Of a DNA stretch of 64,000 nt, positions 23,860 to 37,176 are shown one piece after another. The DNA lies in contig NC_043008.1 in NCBI RefSeq assembly GCF_006345805.1, positions 72,726,001 to 72,790,000 on the forward strand, in the 5' to 3' direction. Position 1 is the first letter of the stretch; each line of letters begins with the position of its first letter. The notes under the pieces were generated by a model, which was not told where the DNA came from, did not search any database, and was given only the letters and a program-made list of their open reading frames with translations. Made by a program: the position numbers and the translations under genes. Origin of the DNA: Octopus sinensis (Eukaryota).

Positions 23860-24900
23860 TGTTTGTTGTTTCATTTTCTTCAACCAGCATGTAATCAAAG
23901 TGTGAAACCCATTGCATTTTATCATATATGAGATAATTTCTATATAGTATAAAACTATATGTAATGTGATTTTAGAATGAGCAGACCTACAGCATTGAAG
24001 GCCCATCCATTCAATGAATTTTAGAAGAAATTTAAAAAGGTGGAAATACGAAGGTCCAAAGTTGGGTGAATATGAAGTGTGTGGCAAAAGTTCCCATCTA
24101 AGCCCCAGTAACTTTTGTCAAATCTTCAAAAAGGCATGCAGTCTGGCATTGTCATAATGAAAGACAGCACCCTTACATTTAGGAAGCACTGGCTGATTCT
24201 GATGGATCCCTGCATTTAATCTAGCCAGCTGATTACAGTACACATCCAGATTCATGGTCCTGTCTGTGGGAAAAAGTTTATAATTGACAACACCCTTTCA
24301 ATACCAACAAATTGAAAGCATAACCTTCTTCAGCTGAAGTCCTGCTTTCTATGTCATTTTTGGTGGTTTTCCATGCTTCCTTCATAGTCATTTATACTTC
24401 ATATTTTTATAGATGATCCATTTTTTGTCCCCTATTACCATTCTCTTCACAAAAGAGAATGGTGATAGGGGACAATCTTTTTCTTTTTTCACATACCTTT
24501 AAGGCATTGCAGATGGAAAACTGTTGCATGAAGTTAGTTTCCTTCAATTGATGTAAGATTCAAACATCAAGGCTATTGATGTAACCAAGCTGATGCAGAA
24601 GGTTTGCCACAAAAGATTTGGATATTTTGGGAATATATGCAATCATCTTGTATAAAAGGGGTTGGTATTACTGTTAATCTAAATTGGCCAGCTAGAGTGA
24701 AGTGCGTCTTTAACCAAAAACTTATCCCTTTGAAATCTTGAAAACCATGTCAAGCACACAAGTTCTGTAACATTATTTTCTCTGTACACTGCACATGTCA
24801 CCATACAGGTTTCTGCAACTTTCTTTCCTTTTATAAAGTAAGGAAATGCATTAGGTGTTACTAATGTTCATTTTGGTTCTCCCTTTGAAGGTGATCACAA
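23860..24900 (-). mobile_element. mariner transposase remnant
   Basis: MPHTSYSPNFGPSYFHLFKFL (cf. HPPYSPDLAPSDYHLF), VFHYDNARLHA (cf. HDNARPH) and a decayed N-terminal HTH region near 24700-24870. Confidence 0.85.
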
Positions 24901-25449
24901 GCACATGGAATGCAACCTGTCTCATTACAAGTTTGCATCAATCTACATTGAAATGTGAAGTATTGAACGAATGAGCATGTGCAAGGGACAGACCAAAGTT
25001 GAGCTACTTACTATAGTGCTTATTTAGTGTTGACAAATATTGAACAGATTTTTTGGTCAACCCGTTATATACATATAGTTCATATATAGTCTTTATTGTA
25101 CATAAACAGGACAGGCTATATACATAGACAATATACAATGTAGTCTATATGCAGCATAGTCAAATTTTAGTCTTCATGTAATATAGTCTATACCATATAA
25201 TCATATATAAAGTATCCTGAGTAATATACATTCTACTGTGAATAGACAATATATATAAACTATAGTGCATACAGACTATAGTGTATCATCAATTATGTCT
25301 TAGCATTATGAAGATCCATGAAGGGAGACATCCACAATAGCTACAGGCTTCTTAATTGTTGGTTAGGCTAATATACAGATGGGAGACAGACTGCAGTAGT
25401 TGCAGCAAGATTCCATTCTGGGTGGTATGTTTCTTTCTCAATATACTTT

Positions 25450-26290
25450 TCTGTCAAAGGTTAGGCCTGGATGTGTTCTCAAAGAAGAAAACAGAAAAGG
25501 GAATGGTGTGTCACCAAACTTCACACCACTCTGTATTAAACCACTGATGAGTGATTTGACAGTTACCAAGGGATTTTGTAAGAGAGTCTTTTCAACATTT
25601 TGTTGGTATCTCATTCTGTCATAGTGGCTGGGAGTTATTTATCAAACAGCACTAACTTGGAAAAGCAACAATCTTCTGTTCTAGATATAAGCCTTTCTCT
25701 GTGCAGCTCAATGATTCAATGTTAGTGATTTCTATCATAATTGATGATTTAGAGTGTTGATAATAAAGCTACTTCAGTGGAGGTTCAAGGTGGTGAGGGG
25801 GGGGGGTGCCAGTGGATGCAATCAGGCAGTTCTAGGTGATGATGCCAGGTAACCCACAATTCAGAGCAGTAGAGGAGGGTGGTCTGTAAAAAAGATCATC
25901 ACTTTCTGATCTCTGTGTCTTTCCTCAGGTGCTTGCTGTTTCAGGTTTTTGTACAGTCTGTTGCCTAATGTGCTGCTTGGTTTTTGCACATCTGTTATCA
26001 GCTTCTTTGTTAATCTTAGTAGCAGATGACATTATTACTGCAGGAAGCTGATCTGCTGGACTGTCTTCAGCTTTGTTGCTGAGATTTTGATGCAAGAATG
26101 GTGATAACCTTCTTAAAATCTAGACTGATTGAGAACTTCCATATTTTACAAGCTGACTTCAGTCTGAAGAGTATGGCATTGCAAGATATTATTTGCTGTG
26201 GAGCTGATTTTATGTTGGCAACATACACAGTGTCATCAGCAAAAAAGTAGCTCATAGAAGAGTTGTTCCTGTGTCTTGGTATGTGAACTG
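25450..26290 (-). mobile_element. RTE/BovB-like LINE reverse transcriptase remnant
   Basis: FFADDTVYVA (YADD-type motif), SAC..WKFSISL, KINKEADNRCAK, KHLRKDT and TTLLYCSELWVTWHHHL, in BovB-like order. Confidence 0.85.
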
Positions 26291-27999
26291 TAGTTATCTC
26301 AGGTGGAACATGCTGCCATCAAGAGGGGGAAAATGAGAAAGGGAGACAATAAAAATAATATTCATTCACAAAAAGCTACTTATGTTTTAAGCAATTTTAA
26401 TAGGCACTTTCCCTTTTGTTTTAGTTGTTTATTTCTTCCTTATTAAACTAAAATTTATATTTCAAAAGCAATTTAAAAATAATAAAGTAATTTTGTAATA
26501 AAGCTATTTTTGATTTTAATTGTCCTTTCTTCTGTCAAATACCAAAAGCCTTGGAAAATTAGTGACACTTTAATCATGGATTTTTTTTTATATTCCCAAC
26601 TCTAACTCATACTTAATATATCGTTTATTTTTTTGTGCTATATTTTTAACATAAAAATCAAGAAATTAAAAATAAAATAAAATAATTTAATAAAAAAACC
26701 AATAATAAGGAATTTCAATCCAATGCTTTATATAAATGCATCTATATAATAATTACATGGTTACAGAATGTGAATAAGCGATATTAGTTTTCAAAGTAAT
26801 GAAAATAATGTTGATTCATTAATGAAAGCATTAGTATTGTACCGTTTCACTTTCTACATATTAAAATTGCTTTTGTTTCTGATTTATTAATGATGGAAAT
26901 GTAATTACAAATTATAAATTCAAACAAAATATATTTATTCACTTCAAATGCAAATGAAAATGCAAGCATGCACACACTAGCATACAACACATACAAATAT
27001 ACGTGGAATAACTGCTTTTATATTTACAGACATTAAAAACAAAAACAGAAAGCAGCTAAAATCCACCTCGCTTTAATTAGTTTTCTGATTAAAACAAAAA
27101 GAGCAAAACAACAAAATATTGTATTCAGAAATGAAAGGAAATTAAGTTAGGAATGGAGTTAAAAATGCACTCTTAACCAATAAGTGCCAAATATACTGAC
27201 TTTCAAATTAAAAATGTAAATTGTCATATAATGCGACAAACATATACCTCCATAATAATATACATATTCCTGGATTTATCTAAATTTATTGGGAACATGA
27301 CTATATCTTGTGTCCTGTAGATTTCTACAAGTTCCACTCGTTAATATTTTTTGTCAAAAAGGGGCATGGCTGTGTGATTATGAAGTTTGCTTTGTAACTA
27401 CATTATCTTGGATTTGGTGGTGCCATAAGCAAATAACTTTTATTAGAGGTCTGATGTGACCAGCAACGTTTGAGTGAATTTGGGAGATGGAAAATATATG
27501 TAACTGCCTGTTATGCATGCATTTATATATGTATGTAGTCTTGGTTCAGTTTGAAGGTCCACTGTAATATCTCTCAATAGTTCCACAATGTGCAATAACT
27601 GGACCCAGTCTCCTGTTGAACTAAGGTGTGTGTAACAGTAATCCCACATGCTGAGTTTCACTTAATTTTCTCCCCATGATTTCTGCTAAGATCTTCCAAA
27701 AAACAAAAAAATTAAAAACTGCTTCTTTGCATTCACTCAATGATGATAACCAATTTTTCACCAGATTTGTGTCTACAACAAATGTTCTCAAGGTTTGTAT
27801 TCATTACAGAAAGAAGAATATTTTTCTCATAAAAATCTCTTGCTAAATGATTAATGCTTAATGAGAACATCTGGTCATAAAATCCTGCCTCAAATATGCC
27901 CTGACAACCAATGCTATCATGGATTAGGGGACATTAAATGAACAACTACACATTATAAAGTTTTTACAAGCATTCATCCATCTATCCATCTTCTCTGTC

Positions 28000-28740
28000 C
28001 ACTATTCCTGTTATGGAAGTAGATTCCTTGGATATCTCCTCCACCAGTTCCTGTCAGAAGAAATTGCTACTAGACTTTCCAGTTAGATTCCCAAATGTGA
28101 CCAATTATTGTCTAATTACATCGTTCTTGGTCTACCTCTGGTTCTCCTACTGGTTGGCTTAGCTTGAGGAATTCTGCTTGCTGTTCTTTCCTGCTACATT
28201 TTAGTCATATGTCCATAGTACCAGAACAATGACTTCTCAGTGTGGTGAAGCAGTAGCTCAACTTGGAGAGACTATTTGATCTCTGAGCTACACTGTTGAA
28301 TGGAATTACTCAAAAGATCCTTCAAAGGAACCCTATTTTGGCTGCTTGTATTTACCATTATACTCTCTCAGGCACCACCCAACATTCATTAACATAGGTG
28401 AGGATCAGGTATGAAAACCAAATTGAAGAGAGTGAATTTGGTTTTCTACCAATATTTCCTTTGAAGATCGAATGCTGAAATTGGTGTATTACTGTACACA
28501 CCCATTGTTGGAGTGGCATCACAATCAGTGTGTGTAGGATCAGTCAGCTGTACATGGTGGCACTTTGCTCATCAGAAGGTAATCTTCAGTAAGCAGTGAA
28601 TCAGTTCACTGCAGGCAGTTGCAAGACAAGGATGAGAATTAGTATTGCAAAGCCTGAGACATACATCCTTTTAGGAAAACCTTTCCAGTGAACTCTGCAT
28701 GCTAACAGAACATCACTGAGAAAGCAAAGAAGTTTAAGTC
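28000..28740 (-). mobile_element. RTE-clade LINE RT C-terminal remnant
   Basis: WYYGHMTKM*QERTASRIPQAKPTSRRTRGRPRT motif on the minus strand; heavily decayed. Confidence 0.65.
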
Positions 28741-28899
28741 TCTCAGGGCTGATGTCACTATGATAATTATTGGTTTGAAATCATTATTTATTTGATTTAC
28801 TAGAACTTATTAAAAATTCTTGTGTTAGTAATTTGTTTAATAAATTAGTCATATACATATGCTTTTAAAAGTCTGTTGATTGATGTATGTAAATACTAA

Positions 28900-30860
28900 A
28901 TATGTTTTGAAATTTTCACATCTAAACAGGAGAAAATTTTCTAATTTCCTTCTTAAGGTTTATTTCATCCTTTTCTTTCAATTTTACATCAGTAACAGCT
29001 TGCCATATTTCTGACATTATTAAGATAGCTTGGCATATTTCTGACACCACCAACAGAACTTTCACTTTAGTTGCAAACCAATTTTCCAAACTTTTCTTTT
29101 TGTATGCTCTTCAGAGTTATGTTGAGAATTTCATTTGTAATAATCTCTAATTCCACATGAACTGGTGGCATTTTTATGCTTGTTTTAGGAAACACATTTT
29201 TTATGGAACTATTTTGGACAGTTCCCCTGGGACTGTCTTCTGTGACACTGCTAGAATTTGAATTTTATCAAGACTAAAAAAATATGTTGTCAGTAGTTTC
29301 ATCAAGAACCTCTAATTCCTTAATGGAAGGTGTTTTGTGCTTGTTTTAGAGAATCCACAATTTTGGATAGTTCCCTCTGAGACTTTCTTCTCTGACACTG
29401 CTGGAATATAAAATTCATCAAGAAAGAAAACCATTTTGTAATTAAATTTGCATGAGACTGGCTTTGAATATCATCAAGTTTGGTTTAAATTTTTGTACAA
29501 ATTTCTCTTTGCTAATAAGCCTTCAAAACTTGTATGATGGCTTGATCACATGAATGAGTTACCATTGTATTTGAAGGCTTAAAAATAATTTTGGTGTCAT
29601 TTAATGACTAGATATTTCTGTGTTCCATACAACTGTCAACTAAGAAAACAATTTTTCACTCTAATTCCAAATTCTTCAAACCCTTTTGTTACCATAATTC
29701 TGTTGAAATATGTTGCCTTTGTTTCAATTAATTAAAAAAAAAATTTAAACCTCAGTAAAATAACTTTGTCATTACTGAGCAGGTGTTTGGAACATAAAAT
29801 TAACATTGAATTTTGATGGAAAGTTTTAATTCAGATCACCCTAAGCAGAATTAGTAAGTGTTGATTTTTCAATGTCAGAATGTTTTTGTAGGTTTTGTTT
29901 TCAAAACAGTAGCAATGATATTTTTAAATAAACAACAGTACAGCACTGACAAATTCACTCAGACAACATATAACAGGCAAATAGTTTTAGTCTGCACAGA
30001 AGAAAAAATCTTTACACTATTTAGGGCTACAAAAGTTGTTAAACATAACTGTAGCCATTCAGGTGACTGCATTAGAATAGTTTTGAATAGGTAATCTTTT
30101 GATTAACATTAAGATACTGAGATTTTATTTTTCCATTCACCTGGAACTCTTCTGATTGTGTCTTCATTTTTTCATAACAAAATACAGTAATGCACTCTTT
30201 CAAAGATTTAAGTTCTTAATCATTTTTCATTTTTAAACAAGTAATTATTTTGGAGCATTACGCAAAATAGAGCCTTCTTTCATCTGAATTAAAAATACTC
30301 TATGGAAAATATTCTGCAATAATTCAGTACTATCTTGTCTTAATCCTAATCTCAGATGATATATGTATATATAAGAATAAAAAAAAAAAGGAAAACATTT
30401 CCCTTCTCCATGAATGCATTTCTACACAGTATTCTTTTACTTTTTTCACCTGTTAGACCATCCATTAGTGAAATTTTCCGTACCCATTTCCTTTATAAAT
30501 TCATCTGCATTTTGTTGCACTAGCAGTCTATTAATGGAAGCAATCTTTTTTCTACATGCGTGATGATGATGATGATGATGATGATGATGGTAGTGGTAGT
30601 GGTGGTGATGCCAAACTATAATTTTCAGTGCCAACACAATATGACTATCTTTACCTGATCATACTTTCTTAAGATTTATATTTTCATTAGTAAGTGCTGA
30701 TTTTTCAATGTCAGATTGCTTTTTGTTGGTTTTTTTTCAAAACAGTAGCAGTGATATTTTTAAATAAACAGCAGTAAAGCACTGACAGATTCACTCAGAC
30801 AACATATAACAGGCAAATATTTTTAGTTTGCACTGAAGAAAAAAAATATCTTTACATTAC
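28900..30860 (-). mobile_element. Tigger/pogo transposase remnant with internal duplications and a MITE insertion
   Basis: LLVQQNADEFIKEMGTENFTNGWSNR*KK...KCIHGE (CENP-B HTH), IAEYFP*SIFNSDERRLYF (cf. FNADETGLF), LPIQNYSNAVT*M (cf. AWMT) and VSEGTIQNC. Confidence 0.7.
29681..29850. mobile_element. Truncated copy of the piggyBac-type MITE family
   Basis: cccttttgttaccataattc...tttcaattaatt...tttggaacataaaattaac matches 58575-58781; another partial copy at about 54565-54745. Confidence 0.6.
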
Positions 30861-31396
30861 TTGTTTACTTCTCTCATATGATGAGGCATGCAGTTAATAA
30901 TTGACAAGATTCACTTTTATTCAATAGAAAACAATGCCAACACTACCAACACCACCACCATCTCAGTCATCATCATGAGTGAGAGTCAGTGGACTTTGAC
31001 CCATGCAAGCATGGAAATGTAGACAGCAAAATGATGATGAGGAGAATGCTGATGGTAATGATCTTATGTATGTGAGGTTGTGTACTAACTACTTCTGTGT
31101 GTTATGGGAGGGTTTCATATATTTTCTTAATATAACACATTTGGTTTAAATGACTGTTATTAATTAATCAGCGTAAGAATGTTTGTATTAATAAATCTCT
31201 GAACGAGGTATAGACAGTAACTGCACGACAATGTGAGGTATATTTGCAATCTCAATATGGCTAACCACTAAGGGTGATGTTACTGTAGCTTGTAGCCCCA
31301 GGAGAACATCTCCTCCAGCTGGCTATAGGCACACTTTCTGTGCTCTATTGGTATTTGCAAAGGGAGGTCATCCTTCCCTCATCAACCTAAGTGATA

Positions 31397-31441
31397 CGCA
31401 CGGACTGCAGTTTCTGGGTATTGACCTGTCATCAGTGCACG
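31397..31441 (-). ncRNA. Minimal type I hammerhead ribozyme motif, CpG-decayed
   Basis: Minus strand: cgtgca-CTGATGA-cagg-tcaata-ccca-GAAAC-tgca-GTC-cgtgcg. Catalytic core intact, palindromic stem III loop, GUC cleavage triplet. The stem II mismatches are both CG-to-CA changes from cggg/cccg. Confidence 0.6.
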
Positions 31442-32142
31442 ACAATCACCGGTTTTTTATGAAACTTGGATTAACTCTATCTATCTATTGATATATATAT
31501 ATATATATATAAACACACACACACATATATGGATTCAGAACGCCACCAATGGTGCAAATAACAAGATAATGAAATACGTAAACGAGTAAAATACGTGAAT
31601 GAGAAAAACATAGTAAACACAGTGAAAGGACCCTTCATCAGTTGTTGGCTGTCTATCTGCTCCTCATTTCGAGCATTCAACCACAATATGAGTCTTCAAG
31701 GACAGTTGCTCCAATAGATTCTTAAATAAAATTTAGGATTTATGGAGGGTCAGAGTTGGGAACAAAAACATAACAATAGAGACATACAAGGAAACCAAAC
31801 AAAAAAAAAACATGGAGGGTCGTTAGATCAGAATGAGAGGAAAATAGTGAACAGTGGGAAAAACATTTTTTTGAAAAGAGAAAAGATAGAAGAAAGAGAA
31901 AAGACACATCTGCTCTTTTGAGCATCCATGGAAGAAAAGAAAGATGGATAATGGTCATGCATAAGAAACGAGAGAGAGAGAGAGGGGGAGACAGACAGAA
32001 AACAGTGAAGGAGGAAGGGGAAAAAAGTGAATTAGAGAAAGATGGGGGAGAAAACAGTATAGAGAGTCACATCAAAAAGGTGAAGATAAACTTACTTGGA
32101 AATGGATGCATTTCATTCAATTAAACAATAAATAGTAAATAA

Positions 32143-32178
<36 letters not shown>

Positions 32179-33367
32179 TGCGTGTGTGTGTTTGTGTGTG
32201 TGTGTGTACAGGATGCCACCAACGGTGCAAATAAACTGAAATATGTAAACAAATGAGTTAAATACGTAAACAATGAGGAAAAAAGGAAAACAGGGCGAGT
32301 AAACACAGAGAAAGGACTCTTCTTATATATATATATATATATATATACATAAATACTCACACACATACACAGACACATATGCATTTCTGTCTTGTTTCTT
32401 TCTTTTTAACCTGTTAATATTGTGTCATGAGTAGCAGAGATCATATCCTTGTAGGTGTTATGATTGTTGCTGTTAAATTTCAGCTTAAAAATTGTAATAG
32501 GTCAACAATTGCAGGAGAGACTTGTGTGTACGTATGTTTAAGTATGCAAACGTATTTGAAAACGTATAAAACCATAAATGAAGAAATGAAAAACTATATT
32601 CTAACTATTGCAATCTTCTAAGTCAGAAGTTGTTGCAATAGTCAGGTTAATTGATAACGAAGCTGAATATGAAAAGCTCTAATTAATATGACATAGTTTA
32701 TTTGCTCTTCCTGACATCAATATGTAGAATGTAATCAGAGAACATTTTAGAATTGTTACTTTCACAGCCAGCTGCTTTTGATATTTCATGCCACAAACAT
32801 GTAAAATTTATTGGTCTAGAAGTGCATTTCAAATGTATGTCCATTTATATGGTTGCCATGTCATGGTTCACTAAACATTAACATCTTACACCAAAGTCAT
32901 CATCTTGGTTTTATGTTAATGTTGTCGACATTAGACATTTCCCTCTTAGGTGTATCTCAGTCATTTTGATAGATGCAGTGTACATATTACTGCACTGTAA
33001 TACAGATAGTAAACCGTTTGTTGCTGCACTATACTATATTATTTATGGAATAGAGTGACTAAGGGAAAATAACTGAGGGCAAGAGTCTACCTGGAGACTA
33101 CTTTGATTATTTTGTAGTAAAGCAGGCAATTTAAATTGATTAAAATTAAAACCTTAATGAGATGAGGACGTTTATCATTTAGATTGCAGAAAATCAATTC
33201 TCCAGGTAGTTTTGTACTCCTACTTTATGTCTGTGTGTATGTAAGTAGTAGTGTGTACATACATGTGTATGCATATATGCATATATCTATTCATCCCTCC
33301 CTCCCTCCATACATCCATCTATTTAGCTAGCTATCTGTCTGTCTGTATGTATATCTGTATCCATCTT

Positions 33368-33442
<75 letters not shown>

Positions 33443-34739
33443 TTACAGTCAAAAGGTGAGAGCTAGAGATGCTCAATATAGAAAACACATTAGCGCTCAA
33501 ATTATTTGAATTTAAACTCCGAAATCTTTATCGAGGACTGTTTCCATGGAATAAAACTGGCTACAAGAAAAATCTAGTTGAACTGATTTGGAAACACTGA
33601 TGCAGATAAACAGGATTAGGCTTGGTATATATAAATATGCATATAAACATATATAGATACAGATGCGCATAAAAATATAGAGAGATATGTATTGATACAA
33701 GTAACTAAATATATTCAGAAGATAAACACATTTATACAATCATAAGGGTATTTATAAATTTAGACAAATAAATTTACAATTACATGGTGCAGAAAAATAC
33801 TGTATACTAACGAAAGAATGCATAGAATTTCTAACTTGACAGTCGTTTCTGAGAACTCATAGTTACATAAAAATCGTGATGTTCATAATTAGCAGATGGA
33901 ATGTATAAAAAGCTAAGGATATGCAATAAGTAAATGGTCACATAGAGATATTACCATAAGACTGGCTATCTTTATCAGGAGAAAAATTTGGTAAATAACT
34001 GTTCACATCATAGTGCAAGAGATTTAAAGGTTGAAGGGAAGAAGAAAAGAGTAAAAGGAAAGGAGAGAGATGGTGGTAGGTAGTTTATGCATGGGGAGCA
34101 AAGAAGTAGAGGAAGAGCAAGAAATACAACATGAGGAGGAAAAGGGAGTAATATAGGTCATCATGGTGAAAGGATGTAACACTGGTTGTCAGGTGTGTTG
34201 CTAAGCAGACATTAAATCAATCAGGAAGGTTGCTGTCTATAGTGAAAAACAGGAAGAGGCAAAGCATGAAATAACAGTTTAGGGTAGCAGAAGAAGGAAG
34301 GCTACTCATTTAAGGAGAAGTTACAAGGGGAATAGAGAGAGAGGGAGATAGAAATAAAAAGAAAAGGAAGATGCTGTTAGCATAGCTACATGATTAGGAG
34401 GAATTATAGATTCTTTGCATAATGGGCAAAAGAAGAATAGAATTGCTGCTTACATGAAAAGATTATGTTTGAGAACCTATTCAGTAACTCCATGTTACCC
34501 TGCTTTGTCCCATAGTTTTTATACGAAAAGAATCTGATTTAGTGTTATCTGACAGCAAAAGCTAGTATGTTTTTATGAAATGTTGTTATAACACTGAATA
34601 TTTTATAAGAAATCCCAGTCTTGTTCTGCACTAACCAAAATGCATCAATATTGACAGAATCAGAATCCTCTGGTGAGTCAACAAAGACTATTGAAAGACA
34701 CTTTTCTTCTATACCCACTTTGCAACCTACCACATGCAA

Positions 34740-35200
34740 TGCAAGGGTGGGCTGAAAAGTTTAAAGGCTGACTATAAAGGATCGATGCTAGAACATTGAA
34801 ATTTTGCATACATTAATTTTATCTCTCCTTATTAATAACAACTGACTGCTCAAAGATAACTTCAAATGTAACTGGTTGCAACAGCAGATATAATGTCATC
34901 ATCACTGTAATATTAGTTCTCAGCCAAGTGTTTTACCATGCTGGAGATTAGGTGACAGTCAGACGGAGCCAAATCAGAATAGTGAGGGTGATCAACCAGT
35001 TCAAAGCCACAGTCATGTAGGGTAACCATTGAACCCAAAGATTTGAGTGCTAGAGTATTGTCCTTAGGAAACAAGACACATTTCATCAGTTCTCTTGGAC
35101 ACTTGGTCTTGATAGCCTTTCATAACTGCCTCAGCAAGTTGGCATAGTACTCTCCATTGATGGTGTGGCACTTTTGAAGGTAGTCAATAAACATCTAATG
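34740..35200 (-). mobile_element. mariner transposon 3' half with terminal repeat
   Basis: FIDYLQKCHTINGEYYANLLRQL*KAIKTK...KDN...DCGFELVDHPHYSDLAPSDCHL; terminus caagggtgggctgaaaagtt at about 34740. Confidence 0.9.
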
Positions 35201-35209
35201 CTAAAATCA

Positions 35210-36290
35210 GTGAGAACTCCCATTGCCGAGGACTATAAACTTCTTTTGTGCCTTTTCAGGTTTTTATATCTTTTCTATCAATTACAGTTCAGTGCTTGGC
35301 TATTCTTATCTTCCATTTTCTTCAGGGTTTGTTGAACAGTTCTTAGAGATCAAGTGTAATTTCTTTGTCACTGAATACATTATCAGATATTCAAACTTTT
35401 TGAAAGGAGTGCATTTTTTTCAATTAGTGACTCTATTACCTCTGATTGGGCCGATCTTAGTGCTTATGCTCTGACAGACCAAGACCTTCAAATGAAGAAT
35501 ATGTTGCTTCCTTGAGATTTTTCCATGATGCTTCAATATTTTCTGAAATTTCAACTTGTTCAAATTGTATGCTGAGCATCTGAGTCAATTCAATTTTTCT
35601 TTCGGCATCAAGTGACCAAACATTTATTCATTTAAGAAGTTTGCATTGTATCTTCTATGTTTTACTTGAAACTGAAATGATACCTTTCAATGCAACAGAA
35701 AGATATCAGATAACCAGCATGTGATATGAAAGGAGTATGACAAATGTCACGTTGACGAACTTATTTTGTTGAAATATAGCCAGTCAAATGCCATTCTATT
35801 GACCTTGGATAAATCCGAATGGTTCTGAACCTATTATTGGTGATAAGGGGGTCAGGTTCACTGCCAAATGAGATGAGGTGAAGTCCATTACTGTTCATAC
35901 TTCCAATGCTATGAGAGCCAAGAACATTTCTACAGGATGTATGGTCTGACCCAACGTTGGCATTGAAGTCCCTCAGTATTAGAAGTCTATCATAATAACC
36001 TATAGTTCTGACCATAAAAGGTAATTTCACATAAAAGTTAGTAATCTGATTTTTCAGAGTTCCTGTTTGGAGTATTGCAGATGATTAAGTTAAGACTGGA
36101 AGAATCAGCAAGTTTAAGTTTCAGTGTCATCAAGCAATCATTCACTACCTTTGATAAAAACATCAATGTATTTTCTCACTTAGCCACTCTAATAGCAAAA
36201 CCAACACCTGAAGAGCATATTGCATCTTTATTTCCCTGACTGGAAGATTGTATAACCCTTCCCATTCTCCTCAAGCACCAGTAGCCTCTA
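35210..36290 (-). mobile_element. RTE/BovB-like LINE fragment: AP endonuclease plus linker
   Basis: KGYTIFQSGK, SGVGFAI, DRLLILRDFNANVGSDHTSCRNVLGSHSIGSMNSNGLHLISF (cf. LGDFNARVG), then ENIEASWKNLKEATYSS..KH*D and KEVYSPR. Confidence 0.85.
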
Positions 36291-36384
36291 TCTATTCCTG
36301 TTGCTGTTACCCCATTGCCAGTAGATTTTGGTGGGGAAAGACTAGGAACAATTAGTTATTTTGCAGCCATATTATCTCATAAAG

Positions 36385-36990
36385 ATTTGGTCCTCATTTG
36401 GCATCAATCACAGCTTTAATGCAACTAAGAATTTGTTCATATCTGAATGAATGTTGGAGGAAGGTTGAGTCATTCTGCTTTAGGTTTTCAACAACAATCA
36501 TATGAAGAAGCAGCTTCTCATTTGTTGTTCCAAAATACCCCATATATTTTTGACTATATTCAGATCTCATGTTTGTGGGGACCAATCCAAGTGATCTACT
36601 TCCTTTTTGTCCTCTTTGTACCAATTCTGAATTACACAATTGCTGTGAATTGGCTATTATTTTCCTGGAAAGTGTCACTACCATCAGGCTACAATGTTTG
36701 TACATTATGATGAACATTTTCAACGAAACTACTCAGATAATCCTTGGCATTAACTCTGTCATGTTGAACAAACTAAAGGGTTAACAGAATTCCATGACAC
36801 AGTCGCACAAATCTTCACAGAGTCACCTTCATGCTTGATAGCAGGGCTAAACAGTGAAAGCTGAAGGCACCTTCAGGCTGTCCCCAAATATGAAAAAAGT
36901 CATCCTGAAGTGGGGAACAAAGAGTGAACGATGATTCATCAGAGATGCAGTTCTGAAGAATATTATTCAGCATAACTTATTAGGGTTAAC
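36385..36990 (-). mobile_element. Tc1-like transposase remnant (DDE region)
   Basis: AIKHEGDSVKICATVSWN (cf. TVKHGGGSVMVWG), TFQENNSQFTA (cf. FQDDNAP), HLDWSPQT*DLNIVKNIWGILEQ (cf. WPPQSPDLNPIEN.W) and IKAVIDAK*GP. Confidence 0.85.
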
Positions 36991-37143
36991 CTAAATGGTA
37001 CATGGAAAGTAAATGATAGCTGCAAGTATTATTGCATAATTAGCAAGATTGAATTTTGCTGAATTAAAATGACACAATTGTAATTTGAAGTAGTAAAATG
37101 ACTAGCTTATTCCACACTTCTTCATAGTCATTCTGTGTGTGTA

Positions 37144-37176
<33 letters not shown>

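Noticed and set aside
31600-31700. GAAA...CUGAUGA on the minus strand as a type II hammerhead
   Set aside because: I could not build stems I and III; only a wobble-rich stem II is possible.
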